A stretch of 64,000 nucleotides of DNA, taken from the NCBI GenBank assembly GCA_963717435.1, contig OY970332.1:544001-608000 (forward strand), read 5' to 3'. The position numbers and the translations under genes are program-made. Below are positions 1 to 8,321 of the stretch, in pieces. The stretch is from an uncultured bacterium. GTDB taxonomy: Bacteria > Babelota > Babeliae > Babelales > Babelaceae. Under the pieces are notes generated by a model. The model had not been told where the DNA came from. It did not search any database and saw nothing but the letters and a program-made list of their open reading frames with translations. Numbering within the stretch: position 1 is the first letter of the stretch; each line of letters starts with the position of its first letter.

Positions 1-198
1 ATTATTAAGATAGTTTTTCTCTACGTATTTAATGGTTACAGTTTTTGGCAACAAACCCGCTATTTCTTTCCAAGATTTTGGCTCAGGCTTTGTTGTATAT
101 ATAGTGTAAATTTTTCTTTTTTTGGCTTTAAGCAGTTCTATTATCGGGTGTATCCCAAAAACCACTTCGCCTTCGATTTTTTGTGTTGTTTTTGCCAT
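1..198 (-). CDS. rlmB: 23S rRNA (G2251-2'-O)-methyltransferase RlmB, N-terminal part (runs off window start)
   Basis: Hand translation from ATG at 198: MAKTTQKIEGEVVFGIHPIIELLKAKKRKIYTIYTTKPEPKSWKEIAG... The FGIHPIIELLKA segment matches the SpoU substrate-binding N-terminus. Not in the ORF track. Confidence 0.7.
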   Translation of the reverse strand, partial: MAKTTQKIEGEVVFGIHPIIELLKAKKRKIYTIYTTKPEPKSWKEIAGLLPKTVTIKYVEKNYLNN

Positions 199-201
199 GG
201 G

Positions 202-504
202 TTATCTCATAAAGGTTATTTTAATCCAAGCGGAAAGAATCATGCCCTTAGCAACGCCACATTTAACAGGATGATTGTCGCACCAACGACATATGTTGCA
301 ATCATTATCACTGTCGTTTTTGCCATCTGATTTAAAACGCTTGTTTTGTTTAAACAATTCTAAAGCTTTTTGAGTATTTACGAGTCTTGTTCCCTGTTGG
401 GTCGCAAATCGATTTGCCTGAGTGGCAAACATGCAATTTGCGCTCGAAGCTGTAATTAGGGATAAAATTAAAGTTATTACTGTAAATTTAATTTGTTTTT
501 TCAT
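202..504 (-). CDS. Small secreted hypothetical protein
   Basis: Sec-type signal peptide MKKQIKFTVITLILSLITASSANC; Cys-containing C-terminal part. Confidence 0.65.
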   Translation of the reverse strand: MKKQIKFTVITLILSLITASSANCMFATQANRFATQQGTRLVNTQKALELFKQNKRFKSDGKNDSDNDCNICRWCDNHPVKCGVAKGMILSAWIKITFMR

Positions 505-521
505 ATTGACCCTATAGTGTT

Positions 522-941
522 TTATATAGATTCTATCCTATTAAGAAATGCTGACGGTGGTTCTATAATGATCCCATTGAACAATTTTAAAGGCAAGAGA
601 TCTTTTTTGTCGCCGGTGACAAGTATATGAGCATTGCCTAAAAAAGCAGTTTCTAGAACTAGATTATCTGCTTTATGTGATATAAATTTAAAATCTCCAG
701 AAGGCTCATAAATCGTTGATATAAGTATTATTTCCGCTAATAATTCATCGACTTCTGTCTGAGTAAAATCTAATTTATTTACTAGATTTCTTTTTACTTC
801 GTTAAGAATTGCCGAACTGGTGACCAAATTAAACTTTCTAGCGAGCGCATATTCAACTATTTTTGCTGGCTTTCCACCAAAAGCCAAAGCTGATATAAAT
901 ACGTTTGCATCAATACAAACAGTTAAAGTTCTAGTCTTCAA
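522..941 (-). CDS. PIN-domain toxin (VapC-like, PIN_3 type)
   Basis: IDANVFISAL...E...DNLVLETA...LVTGDKKDLL PIN acidic motifs; overlaps the upstream RHH gene. Confidence 0.9.
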   Translation of the reverse strand: MKTRTLTVCIDANVFISALAFGGKPAKIVEYALARKFNLVTSSAILNEVKRNLVNKLDFTQTEVDELLAEIILISTIYEPSGDFKFISHKADNLVLETAFLGNAHILVTGDKKDLLPLKLFNGIIIEPPSAFLNRIESI

Positions 942-1167
942 ATGGCCTGCCGAAATCCTTAGGAGTTAGACCCTTTTTTTTTGCCACGGACTTGCCCTTT
1001 TTTGCAAGGGTCTTAAAGATTCGCTGTGCTTTATATTGCCTAAATGACTCACGTATCAGTTCGCTAACTGTTCTGTGTTCTTCATCAGCTATTTTTTGGA
1101 TCTCTTTTCCCATTTCGACTGGAAGAGAAATAGTTATTGTTTTTATAGATTTCATATTTTTTCTCAT
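931..1167 (-). CDS. Ribbon-helix-helix (CopG-like) antitoxin
   Basis: KTITISLP...IQKIADEEHRTVSELIRES RHH pattern; immediately upstream of the PIN gene. Confidence 0.85.
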   Translation of the reverse strand: MRKNMKSIKTITISLPVEMGKEIQKIADEEHRTVSELIRESFRQYKAQRIFKTLAKKGKSVAKKKGLTPKDFGRPFED

Positions 1168-1365
1168 TTGTTAAGAAATATTCTTATCAAATAAATTATC
1201 GCAAGTTTTGTTTTAAAAATCAACAGAACAGATTTAAAGTGAGCCCCATGATCTTTTTTTTCAGGTTTAGAATTAAAATCTCAAATTTGACTTGCTTGCG
1301 ATCCCCGTCTAAATTCTTAACTTGTTGTGTTATTTCAGTTTCTTAATAATAAAAAAGGGTTTTAT

Positions 1366-2019
1366 ATGAAAAAGTTAATGATGGAATTCTTGGGAACATT
1401 CTTTCTTGTTCTTTCTGTAGCAGTTTCCGGCAGTCCATTTGCAATCGCCATGACACTTATGGCTTGGTTATATATAGGGGGTTATGTTTCAGGTGGACAT
1501 TATAATCCACTGGTATCTTTGGCAGTGACTTTAATAGACAAATTGTCTTGGAGAAACTTTGGATTTTACGTCTTGGCTCAAGTTTTGGGCGGGGTTGCGG
1601 CTTTTGCTATGACTTATTACCTAAAAGGTCTAGTTCTTTTACCTCAACCTTCAAGCAGTTCCACTCTTATGCAGGCTTTTGTAGTAGAAGCACTTTTATC
1701 TGCGGTATTGGCATCGGTTGTTCTTTTTACTGTTTTTCACGAAAAATATAAAAACAGCCAAATTTTTGGTTTTGCGATAGGTCTTACAATTATAGCTATA
1801 GCAGCTGTTGGTAGCCCAATCTCTGGTGGGTTATTTAATCCTGCAATATCTCTTGGTGCTAATATTTTTGCTTTAATTAAGGGCATGCCGATAGTAAGTG
1901 AAAATTTAGTTATGTATGTCTCAGGTTCGCTTCTTGGTGGCATCCTAGGCGCACTTTTATTCAGAATTTTCGCAATTGCAGACAAGCGCTTTGTTTTTAT
2001 AGAAATTATTAAAGATTAA
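1366..2019 (+). CDS. Aquaporin / MIP family channel
   Basis: EFLGTFFLV, SGGHYNPLVS and GGLFNPAIS motifs, six hydrophobic helices; start at ATG 1366. Confidence 0.93.
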   Translation: MKKLMMEFLGTFFLVLSVAVSGSPFAIAMTLMAWLYIGGYVSGGHYNPLVSLAVTLIDKLSWRNFGFYVLAQVLGGVAAFAMTYYLKGLVLLPQPSSSSTLMQAFVVEALLSAVLASVVLFTVFHEKYKNSQIFGFAIGLTIIAIAAVGSPISGGLFNPAISLGANIFALIKGMPIVSENLVMYVSGSLLGGILGALLFRIFAIADKRFVFIEIIKD

Positions 2020-2045
2020 TAATTTTATATTATATATTTTGCTAC

Positions 2046-2082
2046 TTGGCCCCCAGGTTAAATCTTTGGGGGCCAAATTTTT
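2046..2082 (+). terminator. Intrinsic terminator after aquaporin
   Basis: TTGGCCCCCAGG...TTTGGGGGCCAA stem followed by ATTTTT. Confidence 0.75.
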
Positions 2083-2150
2083 GAAAAAACTTCGAAAAAC
2101 CCTTGATTTTGCGCCATTATTTCCTGTAAGCTTAAAAATAATAGAGTAGT

Positions 2151-2208
2151 ATGGGTTCAGGTAAAAAACCGTAGTCTGAACCTGTAAAAAAGTAATAAGT
2201 TTTACGGT
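2151..2208 (+). promoter_or_regulatory. Putative H-type pseudoknot in 5' UTR
   Basis: Stem 2151-2161/2175-2185; loop ACCGTAG (2168-2174) is complementary to TTACGGT (2202-2208), just before the SD GGAGAG. Confidence 0.4.
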
Positions 2209-2225
2209 AAAAATGGAGAGTTATA

Positions 2226-2759
2226 ATGAAGAAGTTTTTTGGTTTATTTATATTACTGATTTCTTTCAGCGCAAGTCAGCTTTTAGCCCTAAAACCAGCG
2301 GGAAATTCGGCTGAAAAATTAATACAATTTCATAATATCGTAAGCAGACAAAAAATCGCCTGGAGTGATTTCCATAAAAACACTATTTTTGAAATAAAGT
2401 CTTTAAATAAGCAGATAGTAAGAGAATGGGTCAATTTCAGTAATAACAATATAAGAAAATTGGAATATCTTAAATTAGATGATCAATCTAAAGAAGCTTA
2501 TTTTAAACAAGAACTAGATGAGGCTATAGCTTTACATAAAGCTCATACGGTTAAATGGGCAAATCTTATGAAAAAGCAAAATGCAGCTGCTGCTAAGCTT
2601 GTATCAAAAAACAGAGCTGAATTGGAATCGTTTGAAGGTAAAGGCGAATCTGCTTTTGAAAAAGCTAAAAAATATTTTTCAAAAAAGAAGACTTTGCCTG
2701 GCCAAGAGCAAGCTTCTGATGAAGAAGTAGACGAATTAAGCTTCGAAACACCTGCTTAA
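2226..2759 (+). CDS. Secreted helical hypothetical protein
   Basis: SD GGAGAG, signal peptide MKKFFGLFILLISFSASQLLA, acidic tail. Confidence 0.75.
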   Translation: MKKFFGLFILLISFSASQLLALKPAGNSAEKLIQFHNIVSRQKIAWSDFHKNTIFEIKSLNKQIVREWVNFSNNNIRKLEYLKLDDQSKEAYFKQELDEAIALHKAHTVKWANLMKKQNAAAAKLVSKNRAELESFEGKGESAFEKAKKYFSKKKTLPGQEQASDEEVDELSFETPA

Positions 2760-2773
2760 TAAATTTTAGTTTA

Positions 2774-2819
2774 AAAAATAATAGGGGCAAAGTTTCAAAA
2801 CTTTGCCCCTATTATTTTT
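2774..2819. terminator. Bidirectional intrinsic terminator
   Basis: AAAAATAATAGGGGCAAAGTTT-CA-AAACTTTGCCCCTATTATTTTT between convergent genes. Confidence 0.85.
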
Positions 2820-3666
2820 ATCTATTTTTTGATTTTGCTATAGCATGGGGCTGATGTTTTTTTGCGGGTTTTATATTTGCCATTTTTTCACGTTTTACGC
2901 GTAACGACAAGCTATTTTTTAGAGAACTTACTAAGTTGTTTTCTTTTTTTGTGCTTTTCTTTTTTGCTATAGATTTTTTTGATTTTTTACTTTTACCTTT
3001 TTTAATTTCTTGGGCTATTCTTTGCGCAAACGTATCTTTATAAATATCTAATTTAAAAGTTTTGCTGCTAAGCTTATTTATTAGTTGTTCGGCAAGCTTT
3101 AGTTCTTGGGTGCTAAATTTCGGCTCTTTTTTTAAAACATTAATAGCATCTATATCTCTAATTTCATAGCTATAATGCAAAGTAGATAATAATAAAACAT
3201 TTTCTTGCGGCATAATTGCGCATATATACTCTTTGTCGCGCATAACAAATTGTCCTATTGCAGCAGTGTGCGTTTCTTCCAGGGCGCGCTTAAATAAAAA
3301 ATACACTTTTTCCGAATGTTTTTCCGGGAGAACGTAATAGTGTCCCTCAAGATATATCGGCTTGATTTGGCCAAGATTAACAAACTGTTTTATATCTATA
3401 GTGTCAGTTTTTATTGCCCTCAATTCGTGCAGCTTTTCTTGTGTCAAAATAAAATAGCTTCCATCAGGTAATTTTAGGCCCTTAACAATATCGTGCCATA
3501 CTATCTCTTTATTGCAGTTTTTGCAGAAGCGCTCATAAGTAATTGGGGTGTGACACTTCTTGCATAATAATTTAAACCCTAAAGTATGTTCTTGAATTGC
3601 TGGGTAAATACTTATGTTAATATTTACCAACCCGAAAGACACCGATCCGTTCCATATTGACTTCAT
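2818..3666 (-). CDS. ku: NHEJ DNA end-binding protein Ku
   Basis: MKSIWNGSVSFGLVNI N-terminus, IVKG, YYVLP, Lys-rich C-terminal tail. Confidence 0.95.
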   Translation of the reverse strand: MKSIWNGSVSFGLVNINISIYPAIQEHTLGFKLLCKKCHTPITYERFCKNCNKEIVWHDIVKGLKLPDGSYFILTQEKLHELRAIKTDTIDIKQFVNLGQIKPIYLEGHYYVLPEKHSEKVYFLFKRALEETHTAAIGQFVMRDKEYICAIMPQENVLLLSTLHYSYEIRDIDAINVLKKEPKFSTQELKLAEQLINKLSSKTFKLDIYKDTFAQRIAQEIKKGKSKKSKKSIAKKKSTKKENNLVSSLKNSLSLRVKREKMANIKPAKKHQPHAIAKSKNR

Positions 3667-3685
3667 ATAGTCTCCAATAAAAAAC

Positions 3686-4753
3686 TTATTTTTTAAAAAT
3701 AACTGATTTCGGGGACTCTCTTATAACAGATTTTGCTTCTTTATCATCTCTTAACCCCTTAAACCTGCCAACTCTCAGCTTTCCAGAATTTGTCCACTGC
3801 GCAAATTGAAATTCGGCCACCAAAATCGGTTTGACCCAATATATATTTTTTGTTGCTATATCAATCTGATCAAATGGGCATTTTTTAATTGTCAGTCGCT
3901 TAAGTTTATTTCCCAAAAATTTTAACATGCCCTGGTTAAATCCTGTCCCCACTTTGCCTGCATAAATAAATTTATTTTTATTATAATAGCCAACAAGTAG
4001 TGCACCGAAATTTTCACGTGCCCCCTGCGGCTCTGTATATCCTCCAATTACCAGTTCTTGACCAAGCGAACATTTAAACTTTAGCCAACTGTTTGCCCGG
4101 TATTCAACATATTCGCTGTCCGCGCGTTTAGCCATTATTCCTTCCCAATGTAACTTGCATGCCTCATGGAAAAATTTTACGCCGTCTCCAATTTTGTGTT
4201 CGGAGTAAGCTAATTTCTTGTTCCACTTAAAAATTTTTTTTAAAATCTTTTTTCTATAAATTAGGGGAAGTTTTTTTGTGTCATATCCGGCAGCATAAAG
4301 CAAATCAAAAACCCAATATTTTATTGTTGTTTTTTTCTCTTTTTCTTCTATGAGCCCGCTTTGCTTTAGATTAATTCTTCCCTGAAGTAGCTGAAAGTCT
4401 GAGATTCCTGATGCACCTAGGGCAACAATTTCGCCGTCTATAATAAAATCATCAGCGGGCTCTTTGGTTAAAGCTTCTAAAATTTCAGGGTATTCTTGAT
4501 TTATTAAGTTATTGTTGCGCGACATTAGAGAAACTTTGCCATTTTTTTTAAAGGCTATGCATCGTATGCCGTCATATTTATGTTCATAAAGCCAGTCTTT
4601 GCTTGAGAAGTAATCTTTGGTAAGAGTTGCAAGCATGGGGTGTATAACTTGGGGTTGGGGCTTTTTTTCAATTTTTTTTAAAAATTTTTCGGGTAGGTTA
4701 TTAAATATATTTTCAGATATATTTGTTTTTTTATAGGCCATACTCTCTCCCAT
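3686..4753 (-). CDS. ligD: ATP-dependent DNA ligase (LigD ligase domain only)
   Basis: PMLATL, EHKYDGIR (adenylated Lys), IDGEIV, EGIMAK, WLKFK, VIGGYT, GKVGTGF, FKGLRDDK; adjacent to ku. Confidence 0.92.
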   Translation of the reverse strand: MGESMAYKKTNISENIFNNLPEKFLKKIEKKPQPQVIHPMLATLTKDYFSSKDWLYEHKYDGIRCIAFKKNGKVSLMSRNNNLINQEYPEILEALTKEPADDFIIDGEIVALGASGISDFQLLQGRINLKQSGLIEEKEKKTTIKYWVFDLLYAAGYDTKKLPLIYRKKILKKIFKWNKKLAYSEHKIGDGVKFFHEACKLHWEGIMAKRADSEYVEYRANSWLKFKCSLGQELVIGGYTEPQGARENFGALLVGYYNKNKFIYAGKVGTGFNQGMLKFLGNKLKRLTIKKCPFDQIDIATKNIYWVKPILVAEFQFAQWTNSGKLRVGRFKGLRDDKEAKSVIRESPKSVIFKK

Positions 4754-5020
4754 TTTTATTCAGTTTTTATATTGTCATAAACATTACATATATTAAGTTG
4801 TATTAAGTTGGTATTGGCTGTGTCAATTACTACCATTATTTACTATTATTATTTACTGGAATTATTGCTTTTTTCTCCCCCGCAAAACAAGAGCCGTTCT
4901 AGGCTGTTAAATTTTTAGATAAAATAACTACTATTTTTCTTGACAAAACAGGTGGGGTCTATAGTCTCATAATTATTAATTTTGCCTGCTATTTTTTTTA
5001 GAATTTGGAGAGGTTATTCG

Positions 5021-5995
5021 TTGAAGTTCAATATTAAGTTTTTATATATTTTTTTCGCAAATAGTTGTTTTTTGCTATCTATAAATTCAGATAGTTTAAA
5101 CGCTTCTAATAGTTCTCACATCAAACTGACTCAGTCTCTTTACATGATAGAGTCGAATCAAAAAATTACGAACAGTCCTGTTCTGTATCTTTATGTACAT
5201 GGTTTGGGAGGTAGGGGAGGACACGGAGTCTACTGGTCCAATTGCGCCGCCAACGACGTTAAGAGATATATTCTTAATGAGCCATTAATATTTTTCGACT
5301 TTCCCGATGCTATAGGCAAATTTAATCCATTAAAAACAGACTTGGGTCAAAAAATTGATGTTGGACATTTAGCTGAGCAATATAAAAGCTTGCTAGAATT
5401 AACTTATTCAGCCAATAAATCTCCTAAAAAAATTGTTTTGGCGGGGGTTTCCCGAGGCGCAGCTACATTAATAAACTTCGCTGCCGAACATGACATAAAA
5501 GATGTTGCGCTGTTAATTCTGGAGTCTCCATTTGATAACGCCATGAATGTTATTAAGTTTCAGGCCGAAAGACTTTATCAATCTTGGAACCCATTAATAA
5601 GCGGACTGGGTTCAAAGTGGTCCATGTCAAAATTATATCCAAAGTATGATCCAAATGGGATCTCGCCAATAAAATCCGTTGGGAAAATTCCAAAAAATAT
5701 TCCAATAATTCTAGTGCATTCGCGCCAAGATGCGGTTATTTCGGTTAATGCATCAAGAAGATTATATGTCGAACTTAAACAATCTGGTCATGAACATGTT
5801 TACTATTTCGAAACTGATTCTGGGGACCATGCCAAAATATTATGGGGAAATCAGGGTGAAACTTATCAATGTTTAGTGCATGCTGTTTATGCCAAATATG
5901 GTTTACCGCACGATAAAAATTTTGCTGACAATGGGGCAGGGATTATGAACTTATGTCAGCCAACGGTTGAGCACATAAATAGTTTAATAAAATAA
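5021..5995 (+). CDS. Secreted alpha/beta hydrolase
   Basis: VHGLGG, GVSRG nucleophile elbow, LESPFD, HSRQDAVI, GDH; TTG start after SD GGAGAGG. Confidence 0.85.
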   Translation: MKFNIKFLYIFFANSCFLLSINSDSLNASNSSHIKLTQSLYMIESNQKITNSPVLYLYVHGLGGRGGHGVYWSNCAANDVKRYILNEPLIFFDFPDAIGKFNPLKTDLGQKIDVGHLAEQYKSLLELTYSANKSPKKIVLAGVSRGAATLINFAAEHDIKDVALLILESPFDNAMNVIKFQAERLYQSWNPLISGLGSKWSMSKLYPKYDPNGISPIKSVGKIPKNIPIILVHSRQDAVISVNASRRLYVELKQSGHEHVYYFETDSGDHAKILWGNQGETYQCLVHAVYAKYGLPHDKNFADNGAGIMNLCQPTVEHINSLIK

Positions 5996-6002
5996 AAATT
6001 TT

Positions 6003-6827
6003 TTGGGGATTTCTGGGTTTTTTATGTTTATCAGGGGCAGTATATTTAATTTCTTGTGTTTGCTTGCGCTATTTTTTTTAATTCCTGGGTGTTTTCCAAA
6101 AAGTTACAGAGTTAGAAAATTAAAGCCACTTGATCGCCAAACTGCCCAATTTGTCGAAAAAAAAGACAACGTCAAAGTTTTGGTTTCTGCTTTGAATGAA
6201 GAAAAAACAAAGAAAATATTTGGCCAAGAATTAAATAAGGGCAAAAAACATTTCCAGCCCATTCAAATAACAGTAAAAAATAAATCTGACAAAGTTTGGC
6301 TCTTAAGACATGATGGCATCGATCTTAAGATGGTTTCATCCGAGCAGGTCGCAAGATTGCTTAGATATCATACATGGACACGGTTTGCGACATGGTCCGC
6401 TGTTTATGCAGGATATGTTGCAGTTTTGGTCCCATTTATTTTGGTTATTTCTTTTGCGGGGGCAACAGCGGGAGCATTTTCTGGCTCAGTTGGCGCAGTT
6501 GCAGGGTATACTCTTTTGGGGCTTGCGACAGTTGCGCTTGCTTTTTCAGGTCCATTTTTTATTGCGGCAGATTGCGTAACTTGTTCGAAGCAAAATTCTC
6601 AAATCGAGTATGATTTTAAGAAAAAAACTGGATTTGAGGGTTTGATTTTGTTGCCTGGAAAATCAAAAAATCTTTTAATATTTGTGGATGATAAGGATTA
6701 TAAATCTAACTTTAATATTCAACTTAACTCTGCAACGGGCGGCGACAATCTAGATTTTTCTGTTGCTTTGGAAAATATTAATGACCCTAAACTCAGCACA
6801 AGTTTATTGGGATATATTAATATTTGA
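6003..6827 (+). CDS. Hypothetical lipoprotein with internal hydrophobic/Gly-Ala hairpin
   Basis: Lipobox-like LIPGC (start probably ATG 6024); central hydrophobic segments. Confidence 0.7.
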   Translation: MGISGFFMFIRGSIFNFLCLLALFFLIPGCFPKSYRVRKLKPLDRQTAQFVEKKDNVKVLVSALNEEKTKKIFGQELNKGKKHFQPIQITVKNKSDKVWLLRHDGIDLKMVSSEQVARLLRYHTWTRFATWSAVYAGYVAVLVPFILVISFAGATAGAFSGSVGAVAGYTLLGLATVALAFSGPFFIAADCVTCSKQNSQIEYDFKKKTGFEGLILLPGKSKNLLIFVDDKDYKSNFNIQLNSATGGDNLDFSVALENINDPKLSTSLLGYINI

Positions 6828-6925
6828 TTTCGTGAGAGAGAGCTCGGGAATTATTAAATTTTGTTTTAGTAGTAAACTCACAATAGCTATGTTAAAATCT
6901 TTCGGCAAATAAAACCGGAGAATTT

Positions 6926-8317
6926 ATGGCTTTCTTAGAATTAAAAATTAAAAAACACAGTTTCGATCATTGGCTCTCAAAAAATAGTTATTATCATTTA
7001 TTTAATGCAGCTTTTTATAAATTTATTATTCCAAAAAATTCAAAAGTATTGCATATAGGCTGCAAAAATGGATACTTACTTAACGCCCTTTCTGTAAATA
7101 TCGGAGTTGGCGTTGAATTTGATGAGCAGTATCTGATGGAGGCTCGTGAAAAACATTCCAATTTTAATTTTTATTCGGATCTTACAAGTTTGGCCCCAGA
7201 AACAAAATTTGATTATATAGTTGTTTCAAATTCTATAATGGAAATTGATGATATTCAGATCTTTTTTTGTGATATCCAAAAATTTTGTAATCCTGATACT
7301 AGATTAGTTCTTGATTGGTACTCAACTCTTTGGGAGCCCATATTAAATATAACGCAAAAACTTGGCCTGCGGCGCCCTACAAATATAAAAAATTGGGTTT
7401 CTGCTTATGATGTATCAAATTTTTTGTATCTTTCGGGCTTTGATATTGTAACTTCAGGAAAGCAGATTCTATTTCCAAAATATATTCCAATTATTTCTTG
7501 GTTTCTAAATAATTTTTTGGCGCTTGTCCCCGGATTTAGATTTTTGTGCTTAGAAAATTGGGTCATTGCCCGTTCTAAGATTGCCAACTATGACGCAGAC
7601 TATTCTGTGTCGATAGTTATTCCGTGCAGAAACGAACGTGGCAACGTAGAAGCAGCGGTAAAAAGATGCCCATCTCTTGGTAAATTTACAGAAATAATAT
7701 TCATCGAGGGACATTCAAAAGACGGAACATACGAAGAAATAGAACGCGTAGCAAAACTATATCCGGATAAAAATATAAAATATTCAAGGCAAGATGGAAT
7801 TGGCAAAGGCGATGCTGTTCGCAAGGGCTTTGGAATGGCGACCTGCGATATACTAATGATCCAAGATGCAGATCTTACTGCACCACCAGAAGAGCTTCCA
7901 AAATTTTACGAGGCCATGGCCACCGGAAAAGGTGAGTTTATTAATGGTTCAAGATTAGTATATGGCATGGAGTCTAACGCCATGAGATTTTTGAACTTAT
8001 TAGCAAATCATGCATTCGCTGTACTTTTTTCTTGGACATTGGGTCAAAGAGTTAAAGATACTCTGTGTGGAACAAAAGTTTTATTTAGAAAAGATTATGA
8101 GCTAATCGCAGCAAATAGAGAATTTTTTGGAGATTTTGATCCTTTTGGAGATTTCGATTTGCTATTTGGCGCTGCTAAATTAAACAGAAAAATTGTTGAT
8201 CTTCCTGTAAAATACAAAAGCAGAACATATGGCACATCGCAAATTAGTAGATTTTCAGCAGGAGTTTTGCTTTTGCGTATGAACATTTTGGCGATTAAAA
8301 AATTTAAGCTGAGATAA
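6926..8317 (+). CDS. SAM methyltransferase-like domain fused to GT2 glycosyltransferase
   Basis: VLHIGCKNG (degenerate motif I), then SIVIPCRNE, IQDADL, DTLCGTK, DFDLLFGAAK. Confidence 0.9.
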   Translation: MAFLELKIKKHSFDHWLSKNSYYHLFNAAFYKFIIPKNSKVLHIGCKNGYLLNALSVNIGVGVEFDEQYLMEAREKHSNFNFYSDLTSLAPETKFDYIVVSNSIMEIDDIQIFFCDIQKFCNPDTRLVLDWYSTLWEPILNITQKLGLRRPTNIKNWVSAYDVSNFLYLSGFDIVTSGKQILFPKYIPIISWFLNNFLALVPGFRFLCLENWVIARSKIANYDADYSVSIVIPCRNERGNVEAAVKRCPSLGKFTEIIFIEGHSKDGTYEEIERVAKLYPDKNIKYSRQDGIGKGDAVRKGFGMATCDILMIQDADLTAPPEELPKFYEAMATGKGEFINGSRLVYGMESNAMRFLNLLANHAFAVLFSWTLGQRVKDTLCGTKVLFRKDYELIAANREFFGDFDPFGDFDLLFGAAKLNRKIVDLPVKYKSRTYGTSQISRFSAGVLLLRMNILAIKKFKLR

Positions 8318-8321
8318 TCTA

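Noticed and set aside
148-330. Plus-strand 60-aa ORF, and the many other short antisense or nested ORFs in the track
   Set aside because: They shadow well-supported genes on the opposite strand or in another frame, with no motifs or SD.
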